The translations under genes were made by a program, and so were the position numbers. The notes under the pieces were generated by a model. That model was not told where the DNA came from. It did not search any database and saw only the letters and a program-made list of their open reading frames with translations. DNA of 63,306 nt, filler included, from Klebsormidium nitens (taxonomy: Eukaryota; Plantae; Klebsormidiophyceae), in NCBI GenBank assembly GCA_000708835.1. It is 8 parts of 8 records of this genome, joined end to end, with 100 filler letters (N's around TTAATTAATTAA, not from the genome) between each part and the next. Parts side by side here need not be neighbours in the genome. Positions count along the whole stretch, not along the records: positions 9,995 to 24,606 come from DF238040.1; positions 24,707 to 26,823 come from DF238543.1; positions 26,924 to 43,653 come from DF237982.1; 5 more parts are not named here. One strand, 5' to 3'. Below are positions 22,578-34,300 of this stretch, piece by piece; position 1 is the stretch's first letter; every line of letters begins with the position of its first letter.

Positions 22578-24102
22578 TCAGAACTCTGAAAACCCGACTC
22601 TGCTAGAAGCTCTTGTACCCGGACTGTTCCCTAGCCGGCTTGGGCTCCTACTGAACTCCTGATCTAGCCTGCTAGGGCTTCGGCTAGAGGCCCCGGGTAA
22701 AGAGCCGTCTAGACTGCTCTGGTCAGCCTGCGCCATGACCAAGTCTACTAGTATGCCGAGCTTCTTGCTAAGGCTGCGGTTCAACTCGTTCAACTGCATG
22801 AACAAAGACTGAAAGTCAGCTCCAACCGATGGAGTAAGCGCTTCAAGGTTTCGTTGAATCCTATCTTCAAAGTTGGCTTCGGATACACAAGGTCTTGGTT
22901 TGATTCAACTGTTCCGAGCTCAATCCGACGTGTTGAGACACATGTTACGAGACATTATACGGCGGCTTTTGTCAAAGTAAGCTGCTTCCCCGTTCATAAA
23001 AGCAAAAGCAAATGGAAGAGAGACACAACGCACTGACAAGTGTGTGGGATTTAGCCACTGCAAATACCACTTCGTTCTTACGCTGCCATGCAAGTTTAGC
23101 TGCGCGCGCGCACGGAAGCAACGAGGAGAAGTAAAAAGCGTACATCCGTAGATTTTCAGACCCCCTTTCTGGGACACTTGATGCAGGTAAGAGCAAACCC
23201 CAGCGCTTCGAACCTCTTTTACCTGTCCTTCGACTCTCTCCAGCCGTTGCTCTAAACCACTGATCGCCCGCAACTGCGCGTCTCCCAGCCCATCCGCCCC
23301 CGGCTTTTCTAAACCCTCAACCCCCGCCTTCGCAACCTCCGCCAGCGCCGCGGCCTGGCGCGCCCCGCGGCTTTTTCGCGCGTCGAGTTTCTCGAGCGGG
23401 GCCGCCGCTTGCACCTTCTCTATGTCGTCGTGGATCTCGGCCTCTCTCAGCGCTAGTTCCTTTAGAATCGAAGTCACCTCCGACTTGTCGAGCAGTCCGT
23501 TCCGATCGACGTCGTACTTGGCCAGAATCTCCTTCGGCCCGGTCGCCTGCACGTGAGATTGAGCATCTGCTCAGACGCGCATGGCGGACAAGTCGCCTCT
23601 ACAGGAGTCCAGCTTCGAGCTTCGACTATCTCTTTCGGGGGTCCCCACTCACTCTACGGAAGACGTACACCAACCCAAACTGGATGCTGCAATTTTCAAA
23701 CCCTTCAGATGTTGCTGTCAGTGCGCATTTGAATTCTAGGGCTAATAAGGTCAATATAAAAGAAGGCGTCTGCCACAAAATTCATGCCGCACCCGCTCGT
23801 GGACTACCGGATCACAGTAATTAACCCACTACACCAAACGCCGTTCTACGCTGACCAATGGCTGACGCCTCTATTGCGTCTGACGTCAGCCGGCCCACCT
23901 TAAGCAGCTCGTATGCGCGCGCGTTGTCCTTGAGCGCGGCCGCGAGCTCCGCCTCGTCGATCAGGCTGTCCAGGTTCGCGTCCGCGTCGCCGATGTCCGC
24001 GCGCGCGCGCGCGGCCGCCTGCCGCAGCCCGAAGAGTCCGAGCAGCCGGCCGGAGACCGACCTAACAGTGTGACGCAGGTCGGAAAAGAAGTGGTTGTCG
24101 TC
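22578..24102 (-). CDS. 3' part of an EF-hand plus coiled-coil protein (5' exons not found)
   Basis: Phase-0 exons 24102-23899, 23546-23223 and 22808-22578 with GT-AG ends; EF-hand loops DANLDSLIDEAEL and DVDRNGLLDKSEV; coiled coil AISGLEQRLERVEGQSLFMQLNELNRSL. Confidence 0.65.
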
Positions 24103-24706
24103 CTGGGGCGCAAGAGAAACAAAGAGGATGCTGGGGATGATAGCAGGGACGAGCGTCGTCTATTCGTTCCTCGTCCAACAACCGTAAAGAACGCAAGGGC
24201 ATGTCACTGGGCGATCAACTTCAAGCAATCATGAAGGAAAGACGGAAGTTGGCTAGTGAGATGCCTTTTGGCATCACTTAAGTCCAAGTCAAAACACTAA
24301 ATTCAACTGAGCCAAACCATGCCTTCAGAACCCTTCAAAACATGATTGGCCGTCTGTGCGACGGCAAGGGCTTGCCTCTTCCTCAATTCCAACCGCTATC
24401 AACGGTTGTGAACAGCAATTGGCATCGAATGGCGAATTGTTTTTTAACGGTGCGGATGTCTTAGTCGTGAAACCAGCCAACCGAGCAAGTGCGAAATTTC
24501 GACGTCGTACCGCGTACATGCACGAAGGCCAACTTTGAGACTTGCACCATGTACCGTCTGGACCAAATTGTTCGATTCGTAAGGTGTAACTGCGCCGCAC
24601 GCGGGANNNNNNNNNNNNNNNNNNNNNNNNNNNNNNNNNNNNNNNNNNNNTTAATTAATTAANNNNNNNNNNNNNNNNNNNNNNNNNNNNNNNNNNNNNN
24701 NNNNNN

Positions 24707-25392
24707 CCATATGCCAAGTCGGAAATGGGCAATATGCCGTATGCCATGTCCCTTTTGACCAATATGCAATATGCCAACGGCATATTACCAAAACATGCCC
24801 GTTTTACAGCCCGGTTAAGCTCATTTTCTGGTGAGTCGGAAGTGACCTTGAAACCCGAACGGAGAGTCGATACCGGGCTGCCTGAGTCCTGCTTCAATTC
24901 GTTGAGAAAATACCGCTTTTACGCCCGCAAAAAATGACAAGTTGAATCGGACATATTATAACAAATCTTGGCGGGCATAGTAAAGTAGGATGAGGTCGTA
25001 AAGCTTTCATTCGTGACCGGCCCAGATCCAATGTAATACGTGGGCCGTCGTACTATTACATACGTGCTTAGCAAAGTGGGAAAGCAGGGCAAGATAATGA
25101 ACCGTTTATTTGGTTCTTCGGAAAAGTTCGTTTGACTACCCCAAGGTATATGCCGCTGAAAAGTTTTATAAGCTCTGATAGTGTAGAAACATAAGCAGAT
25201 TATTGTTCCAGCAAAAGTGAAAACGTGCAGGCTGTTTCGGGGCAAATCTGGACATATTGCAGCATTATCCTGGAATATTGGCATATTACGAAGCGGATAT
25301 GCCGTATGCCAAATCGATTTTTGCCCAATATTCCGTATGCCAAAGCCTCAAAATTCGCGTAGACCGTATGCCAATATGCCTGTTCCGGGGCC
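24707..25392 (+). mobile_element. MITE copy (left end in gap)
   Basis: Ends with AATATGCCTGTTCCGGGGCC, identical to the right TIR of the 50117-50805 copy; clusters of TATGCC/GGCATA subterminal repeats. Confidence 0.85.
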
Positions 25393-26251
25393 TAGAGTCA
25401 AGACGGCTTTTCTAGATGGTAACTAAAGGAGGAATTTATCAGCCACAGGGATACGAGCAGGTGGGCCCAAGATCCTTAAGCGCATCTTGTACGGATTGCG
25501 TCAGGTGCTGCATGCATGGTACATGCACCAAAAGGATGAGCTTGGAACCTTTTCAACTTTGGGCGTCCATGGCGGACGAGGCGCTCTTCACAAGAATGAC
25601 AGCCGAACTACCTTGTGTTGTGATAATGACATCCATAATGCAGCCTAGGAAGCCGAGCGGATTGCAAAAATGAAGGCGCCCTTAAAGCCGAGCCTTTAAA
25701 ACTCAAGAAAACGTCTGGACGGTTGCAGAGCCTACATGGTGACTTTCGAGCTTGCCAGATCAAGATGAGAGAATGTTGATGGCACAAAGAACAAAAAGCT
25801 ACGGTGGTTCATGGATCTAGCAGAAGATTCGAATAACCTGGATAGAATCCATAAGAAACGAGAAAGTACGATACAATGATAGGCGAACCGTCCCTGTCTA
25901 CTAAAGCTGGTGCTTCACTGGACAAATGGGACTCCGAAAGTATATTAATTGACGCTCAGTAGAATGGTTGTTCTGACTCCAGCTTCAAACAAGATTCAAT
26001 CAAGGTTGAAAGCTATCTACAAAAAGGCTAGTTGACTCGTACTTCGAGCAACGCAAGAAACGAAATGATTGAACTTTTGAAACATCGAAGGGTCTGCTAA
26101 TCTTCCCACCTCAATCTTTAGCGTAACCTGACTTTTTGCAGGAGTTCATTTCAAAAGCTACTACATGGTATGTTGATATTGCATTTGCAATTCAAAGTTT
26201 GCTCACTTCACAAAAGGCAAGGCTGCTTAAACGTATGTTTCAACAGTTTTC

Positions 26252-26660
26252 GGCCCCGGAACAGGCATACTCCGACTTAAATATGCCATATGCCAAGCCG
26301 AGAAATGGGCAGTATGCCGTATGCCATGTCCGTTTTCGACCAATATGCAATATGCCAACGGCATATTCCCAGAAAATGCCCGTTTCACAGCCCGGTTAAG
26401 CCCTATTTCTGGTCGGAATTGCCTTTGAATACGAAACGGAGAATCGGAACCGGGCTACCCGGTTTAAATTGCTTCAATTCGTTGAGCTTTTACGCCCGGG
26501 AAAAATGAAGAATCGAGTCGGACATATTCTAACAAATCCTGGCGGGCATAGTAAAGTAGAATCAGGTCTTGAAGCTTTCATTCGTGACCGGCCTGGCAAA
26601 TCCAACGTAATACGTGGGCCGGCATATACTTACATACGTGCTTGGGAATGTAGAAAGCAG
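26252..26660 (+). mobile_element. MITE copy, right-truncated
   Basis: Starts GGCCCCGGAACAGGCATA and is colinear with 24707-25090. Confidence 0.8.
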
Positions 26661-27325
26661 GGCGACATGAAGAAAACTTTAACTGGTTGTGACGTCTACC
26701 CTAAAGCCTCAGCTATAAAGCGGCAATACGACCAGAGAACGAAGCGGAAACTCTGTCGCCTATGCAGCAGCCATGGAAACCCTGGAAGCGCCCTCTTGCA
26801 GAAACCAGAGTTCTGTGTTATATNNNNNNNNNNNNNNNNNNNNNNNNNNNNNNNNNNNNNNNNNNNNTTAATTAATTAANNNNNNNNNNNNNNNNNNNNN
26901 NNNNNNNNNNNNNNNNNNNNNNNGGTTGAATTTGCATAAAATGTCTTGCAGTGAGGCTCCTCGTATCGTCAACATGAAATCTGGCAGAAGGAGAGGCTAA
27001 GCATTGCAACAGGCTGACATGAATGATGCAACCAGGCAAGTTGAATAACCGACACTCAGCTCAAGAATCATGTAATCTCACTCCAGCCTGACAGGTGAAA
27101 CAACCCGGGAAGCAGAGGGACACTCTCCAACCAGAAACGAAGATACTGAAGGATCGGTTTGGATCACCGCATCTACCGTAAACCAGAGAGCTCCAGCACT
27201 CTGCCAGTTTGCAGGCATGCACGAATGCTGTTGCACAGGCCTCGTTGTCGCTTTGAGGAAAACCGCTACTCCTGATCTCCAAGCAGACTGCTTGGCCTAC
27301 TCGTCTGATAGAGGGGGCTGCTTAC

Positions 27326-28436
27326 CTGCAGCTTTGTCGAAGATAGCATTCCAGCCCAACAACCAGTTCCCTGGCCCTGGGTACCCCCGTTCAAGTCGGT
27401 CTAGAAGCTTCGAGCGGCCGTCATCGCTCATCCCTCTCCAGCGGTCCACGGTCAGCTGCTGATTTGCCAGGTGTTCCAGCAAGTCCGAGTCAATATCGGA
27501 ATCGACAGCCTGCCACCCCTTCTTCAAGGCCACTTCTTTTTCCTGTAGTGGGCCAAAAAAAGAAATTAGCATCAACATGTAGCCTGCTCTTTAGCAGCAT
27601 AATGAATCCAGAGAGAAGACAGAGTTGCTCCCTGATGCTGAATACAACTAGCGCTGAACGGTCCCACCCTGCAATGCGAAGATCCCCTTGTCCAGGCTTA
27701 CCTCCTGCGAAGTGGGCCCAGGGTTGCTTTCCACCCCACCCCTCAGCAGAAGTGTCGCTGCACATGAGGAGACCACGTTCAGGTGCCGCAAGTCTGACGC
27801 AGCTGAACTCATCCTGAACTGGCGAGAAACCTCCGAGCAAGTCAGTGGATCTACCACGGCAGGTCAAGGGTCAAGCGCTCCACAACCATTTGCATAATCA
27901 GCCCAACGGCACTTCAAGTGCTTGCAGACCCAGCGCCGCAACCCAAGTGCCTCACCAATCAGCGACCGGCTCTTGGGCATCGACACCCAGTCCGTCGTAC
28001 TACCCGACTCTTGCCCGGCTGCAAAGGCTGGCGCGCTCGGTGCATCTGCAATCAGGAACACATCACAGATCAGCGCAGGTGGCGAAAGACCCACCGCGCA
28101 TCGAAGGCATGAAGAGGTGCTCACTGCCCCCCAGGTTTGCACAAGAGCGAACGCATCAGACCTGCCCAGCCAGATGCGCACGCTCACCTTCCGCGGCCCC
28201 TCCCAGATCCCGCAGCTCTTGCTCAAGTCTCCTCAGCTTTGCTTTCAGGCGGCGCAGCTCCTGGTCTGCTGCCCACGCTGCAGGAGCATACGAAGCATGT
28301 ACACCTTTCGAACCGGTCACTTCCATAAGCTCATTGCTGAACAAGAGGAGAGCAGCTATGAGCCTTGCATGAGATCTAGACCCTATCAACAGCAGGCTTC
28401 CTAAACTGCTCTCACCTGCGCGGTCTCGGTCAATCC
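27326..28436 (-). CDS. Repeat unit A: coiled coil - linker - 2A-like peptide - 72-aa variable domain (partial, spliced)
   Basis: Exons 28436-28416 (partial), 28277-28188, 28045-27956, 27757-27702, 27542-27326; all GT-AG with matching phases 1/1/1/0/1. Translation: AWAADQELRRLKAKLRRLEQELRDLGGAAE DAPSAPAFAAGQESGSTTDWVSMPKSRSLI ATLLLRGGVESNPGPTSQE EKEVALKKGWQAVD...WNAIFDKAA. Confidence 0.8.
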
Positions 28437-28628
28437 NNNNNNNNNNNNNNNNNNNNTTTGTATGGATCACTGCATCTACCATGAACCAGAAAGCTCCAGC
28501 ACTCTGCCAATATGCAGGCATGCACGACTGCTGTCGCACAGGCCTCGTTGTCGCTTTGAGGAAAACCGCTACTCCTGATCTCCAAGCAGACTGCTTGGCC
28601 TACTTGTCTTATAGAGGGGGCTGCTTAC

Positions 28629-29735
28629 CTGCAGCACTATTGAGGATCGCAGTCCAGCCGTTCAGCCACTTCCCTGGCCCTGGGTATTCTTTCTGCAAGC
28701 CACTCAGAAGCGCAGGGCGGTCGTCTTTGGGCGTCCCTCTCCAGCGTGCCAAGGAGAGCTGCTCCTTTGCCAGGTAGTCTAGCAGGTCGGGGTCAATGTC
28801 AGGATCGAAATCCTGCCAGCTCTTCTTCCAAGCCAGCTCTTTCTCCTGCAGTGGGAAGACAACAAATATCAGCACCACGATGTGTAGCCCGCTCTATAGC
28901 AGCATATCAATCAGGAAGAATACAGAGTTGCTCCCTGATGCCTGATACAACTAGCGCTGAACGGTCCCACCCTGCAATGCAAAGATCCCCTTGTCCACGC
29001 TTACCTCCTGCGAAGTGGGCCCAGGGTTGCTTTCCACCCCACCCCTCAGTAAAAGTGTCGCTGCACATGAGGAGACCTCGTTCAGGTGCCGCATGTCTGA
29101 CAAAGCTGAACTCATCTTGTGCCAACGAGAGACCTCCGAGCAAGTCAGTCAAACTGCCACGGCAAGTTGAGGGTCAAGCGTCCACAAAATCTGCAGAATC
29201 GGCCCGACCGCGCTTGAAGTACTTGCAGACTCAGCACTGCAACCCAAGTGCCTTACCTATCAGCGACCGGCTCTTAGGCATGGACACCCAGTCGGTCGTG
29301 CTGCCCGACTCTTGCCCAGCCGCAAAGGCTGGCGCGCTGGGTGCATCTGCGATCAGGAACGCATCACAGATCAGCCCAGGTGGCGGAAGACCCACCGCGC
29401 ATCGAAGGCATGAAGAGGTGCTCACAGCCCCCCAGGTTTGCACAAGAGCGAACGCATCCGACCTGCCCAGCCGATGCGGCCGCTCACCTTCCGTGGCCCC
29501 TCCCAGATCCCGCAGCTCTTGCTCAAGTCTCCTCAGCTTTGCTTTCAGGCGGCGCAGCTCCTGGTCTGCTGCCCACGCTGCAGGAGCATACGGAGCATGT
29601 ACACCTTTCGAACCAGTCACTTCCATAAGTTCATTGCTGAACAAGAGGAGAGCAGCTATGACCTTGCATAAGATCTAAACCCTATCAACAGCAGGCTTCC
29701 TAAACTGCTCTCACCTGCGCGGTCTCGGTCAATCT
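28629..29735 (-). CDS. Repeat unit B: paralogous module with the same exon structure
   Basis: Exons 29735-29715 (partial), 29577-29488, 29346-29257, 29060-29005, 28845-28629; same lengths (90/90/56/217 nt) and phases as unit A. Confidence 0.8.
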
Positions 29736-31378
29736 NNNNNNNNNNNNNNNNNNNNNNNNNNNNNNNNNNNNNNNNNNNNNNNNNAGGCAACTGAGCTTCC
29801 ATACTACATAGGCTGGGGATCTGCTCTTCGATTAACTTTCTGAATGGAAATGGTCTATGAGGTGCTTGGTAACGGAATGGCGTGAGCCCGGCCCGTATAG
29901 CTGCGCCGGGCGCCTTTTGTTCATAGCCTATGCCAGACGGTGTTGGGCTCGGGGTGCCCGGTAGACGTACCGGGCCGGGTTGGGTGGGAATGCAAGGTCG
30001 CGCCAACTGGTGAGTGGTGACCGTCACGGCGTGACTGCCGCGCAGCGCGGCCCGGCAGATCGCGAGACACTAGCGAACAGGAGCAACCGTGACGTTGCCA
30101 GGCCGGCGTGGCCGCCCAATGCCCGCCCAATGGCTGCTAATTTAGGTACCTACATGTGTACCTATCTCACATGGAGCCGTATATCTTCAACAAGTCACTT
30201 CAGCCCTCTTTAAAAAGCTTTGCTACGTCCTCGGGGGCCGCGCTGCCCCCGCGCTGCCGCCTGCAGCATTCAACATCTTATTTTGGCTTATTTTCGGGTG
30301 TATCACTAGCTGGGCTTTGACTACCTTGAGCCCTACAATACCTACACCTTGGCCGAAAAAAAGTCGGCGTCTTGGAGGTTGCACACGCTAGGGACAATAT
30401 GCCAGCTGTGTCGAATGATCGAATGGACGTATTTGTGTTTGCCTAACAGATCGATCTCAGGCTGAAAAAGATCTGGCATCGCATCCTGACCCGGGCGCAA
30501 GTGAAGCACCTTGTGGTTCCAGCCTCGGCATACCCGGTGTAAACCAATGGAACTTGCGTAATCACGTTATTGAGTCCACTGCCATCCGCGTCACACTCTC
30601 GTGTTGGCCCTGTAATGGATAGCAATCTGCTGAACTGTCGATTAAAATGAGCGATATCCAGCGCGTGGTCGGCGGCGGCCAGCCCCATCACACCATCATC
30701 ATCACTTCCCTGTTCAGCATAGCAAAATAGTCCGCCCGTAGACTCCTCATGGCTTCATCGTACGAGATGATTCAGGCTTCAACACCAATTTTCTCCTCGA
30801 TTGTGACCTTCAGCTTGGAACGATTCTTTGCACGCAACCCTTGCAATAATGCGTCCCAAGAAGTGCACCACGAACGGGCCATTCGGACATCCGACAAAAA
30901 GGACACTCAAAGTTTGTGCAGTGCATGATGCAGGATTCTGGACGTCCTGATGGTTTCACAAAGTAGACAGCTAACAATCTTTTGGCTCTCCATTTATAGA
31001 GCAGCAGGCAGCCGGTCTCAACCTAAACGCATCAGGATTCATTGGAGCAATAGATCATGCTAAGTCGAAAGCGATCCATAGCCAGATGTTTCTCAGATGT
31101 TTGCTTCCCATGCCATACGCTACGTTCAGCCACTGCTCGGAGGCATCTAGAGTATGCGCAATACGAATTTTATTGAGCTTGCAATCGACCTGATTCTGCG
31201 ACTACATTTGTTCAGACTTGGAGTACTACTTCAAGTCTAGTAGGTGACTTGAGATGCACGCATGGGAGCGAAACTCATCAAATAATAAGGATTTTAGCCT
31301 CTTTCCTTAGTCATGGACCCATGGATTGAACCCGAATCTTCGCTCGATCTGACAAAGGGTGCTGTTACAGGGTCGTCC

Positions 31379-34300
31379 TCAAAAGTCCCTGGAGGTTCTG
31401 ATATCATCAACGTACTTCTCCTGAACTGCAGCTGCTGTGGAAATGGGGGTCAAGGAAAAGCAGTGTACAGAAGCACTTAAAAGCCAAGCCGTTTGCAAGT
31501 TGTCGAAGATCTCCGCCTGCGCCTTTCGGATATGAAACGGTGCATGGATAATGGCTTAGTCCAGCATACGAGAAGGCCCAAAAAACGAAGGGGCAATCAG
31601 TCAGCAAGTCACGAAAACAAGCAGCACACTTGCTACGATCAGGGCACAAGCTCCCGATATCGAAATGCACAGCAGCAGTTGCCAGTTCGTTCTCAAAATG
31701 TAAAAGAGCACAGCGTCTTTACCCCTTGGCGCACGTAGAGACAAGAGTGGGCTGGCCAATGCAGAAGTTACGGGATGCCTGAGAACTCTGCCAGAACCAC
31801 CACGGACTCCGGAAGTCGCTGATACACGATTGAACGGTCCAGCCCAGAAGGACTGCTTTCGAGATGCGCGAATCCTGCCGGTCGAAAAAGTATTCGTGAA
31901 AACGGGCAAAGCAGCAGGCGGAGGATATTTGTAATAGTCCCAGTTGGTGTCCCCGGCCGCCACCTTGGAGAGCTCCGTCACGTCGCCCTCGATCCCCGCA
32001 AACACGTAGCCGTTGCTCTTGTCGACCAGCTTCACCACTTCGTACACGCTCTCCTTGTCCTGCGACAGAGGGCGACGATCGAAGGGTGTTCGCACACTGT
32101 TCTGCTTCTCATCGAGCCCGAGCCGTGCGGTTGACTTGAATTGATGACGCGACATCCATCCGTACATATTGGCTAGAAAACGGCAGAGTCAGGCTCAGAC
32201 TGTCGGTTGCTTCAATCTAGATAATCTTGCCTTTCGATTGTCTATCAGGGAATCCCAGGTCACGGCCTCAGTTGCATCTTGTTACCAACCAACAATGGAC
32301 CCAGCAGAACCATCTTCTTTGGGGTGAGCTGCTGGACGCCATACCAAGCTTAAAAGCCGCATCCGATCAAGCTGCATCATAGATGCATAATGGGGGTCAA
32401 AGTTCCTGGTTGACAAGAACGTTTGTATCGGATCGTAGACTCACATTGACGTTAAGTGTGGCAAAGCTGACCATTCCATAGTCTTGGATCACCTCGCATA
32501 GCCCCTCTGTCAGCTTCCTGCAGAAGAACGGAACAGATCGGCGTTCGATTTATCTCAAACCGGGAAAGTTGAGATTGATCCGGGGAAGTACATTGGTGAT
32601 GGTTTGGAGCAGGTTGAAGCAGATTTCAAAGTCTTTTCCAATGTAGAGCCTCGACAGGCAGCGCCGGCTCGAGCTCCGTCGGAGATTCTCGCAGGACAAC
32701 CCCAAGCCAACCGATGCTCGAAAGTGAGACTCCCGTGCAATCAGTGCTACCGAATCGACATTGCTCAATCAAAATGAAGTAGGCTGATATCTGCGCATAT
32801 CGAGCAGAACAAGTCAACCAGGAGCTTTTGGCCCAACCATCAAACTCTTGATAGGCACCGAGATCAGAACACCATGGGTGATTCCATTGCAGAAGCACCG
32901 CATGCCCAAAACTCATCTCATGCTGGCAAATTCCCTTCTTGCTCTTGTCCGTTTCATGACTTGTCTCAAGCAGTTGTGCGGACCCTCTTGATGGTGGACG
33001 TCCTCTTGATCGTTCTATGCCCGTTTGCACAACGCTCGTGCTTACCTATACTTTTGGAAGCGGGGGTCCTGGTTGAGGTGGTGCGCTAAGTAGCCAAGGT
33101 CCTGAACTTCCGTGTAGAAATCTAGATTGAAAGCTGGAAGGCAGCAAAAGCATGAATGAGGTCGAGTTTCAGCAGAGTGTTGGACTTTCGACGACCGCAA
33201 AAGACCGCAGCAGTGTCATCATACCCAAATTTCCACGATTTGAAATGCTGATGTCCATTCCTGGCAATCATCCAGAGCTTTGCAGGCAAATGGCCTTGAT
33301 TCCAACCAGCGAGTTCATAGACTTATGAACGGAAAAACAAGACATCTCCGCACCTAATGGTCCGTACTGTTGAATCATGTCAATTTTTGAGAGCACGTTG
33401 ATGTGCGGAAGTCCCAGGTGGAGCATGGTAGATAGGGACAGCAGTAGCGCGCTGACGTAGTTGCCAGGGTCGGTGCACAGGTGGGAGTCGATCAGGTGGA
33501 CCGCTGTCAACTGCAGGCGAAAGGAAGAACAGCTCTCCAGCAACGAAGTGGATTGGAACAGTCTGTCTGGACAGGCATGCCGAAGCAAGAATAATATTGG
33601 TACTGAACAAGGTATTGAACTCTAGCATGAGTGTGCTACGGGTGCACGGCATAAACAGCGCGCAATGATCTTGCTCACCCTGAAGTTCCACTTGTTTGTC
33701 ATGGTGTCAATGACGTTTTTGACATGTGGGTGGAGGGTGAAGAGCTCGACTTGGCCCGGCAAGTCAAAGAGCAGGTAGTGATCTGCAATGATCAGGACTA
33801 GTTAGTTGCAGAAGCAGAGTTAAAGCTGACCAGATCATCAACTCCACATGCATATGTTGGTTAGGTCATCCCCTCTTTCCGCCACATCTTGGCAACTTTT
33901 TTTGCCACAGCTTGAGATACATAAAAACGCTCAGTCATACTCAGGTTAGTAGTCAGGACCAGGAGAGGGACTCGAGGTAATGCAAGGGCATGCATCCCAC
34001 CTTTTGCAAGGGGCTCGAGCTTCTTTTCCAGCCAGTCGATGTTCTTCTCCAGGTAATCCATGCAGTAGACCAGGCCACCATTGGGGCCCAGCCCATACTG
34101 GGTCATCACATCATCCAGCTTGATCAGCTCTTCAATGTCCACGCTACAATCGCAAGGCAGGGCATCATTCGCTGGGTCCAAGTTGATCACTGCAGTCTTT
34201 CTGCAATGATATGAATGCTGGGGGTTGAGATGGGCCAACCAAGACGTAATCCATGAAACGAGATTTACGGGTGACCTTTACTATCCCCCCTAGAACAACT

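Noticed and set aside
27490-27867. Alternative frame over the 2A exon (LLMCSDTSAEGWGGKQPWAHFAGG)
   Set aside because: Differences between paralogs are non-synonymous in this frame and it does not fit the splice phases.
31601-31928. Hydrophobic C-terminal extension of GPN2 suggested by the ORF track
   Set aside because: It is read-through into the AT-AC intron; the conserved AAVQEKY tail is in the next exon.
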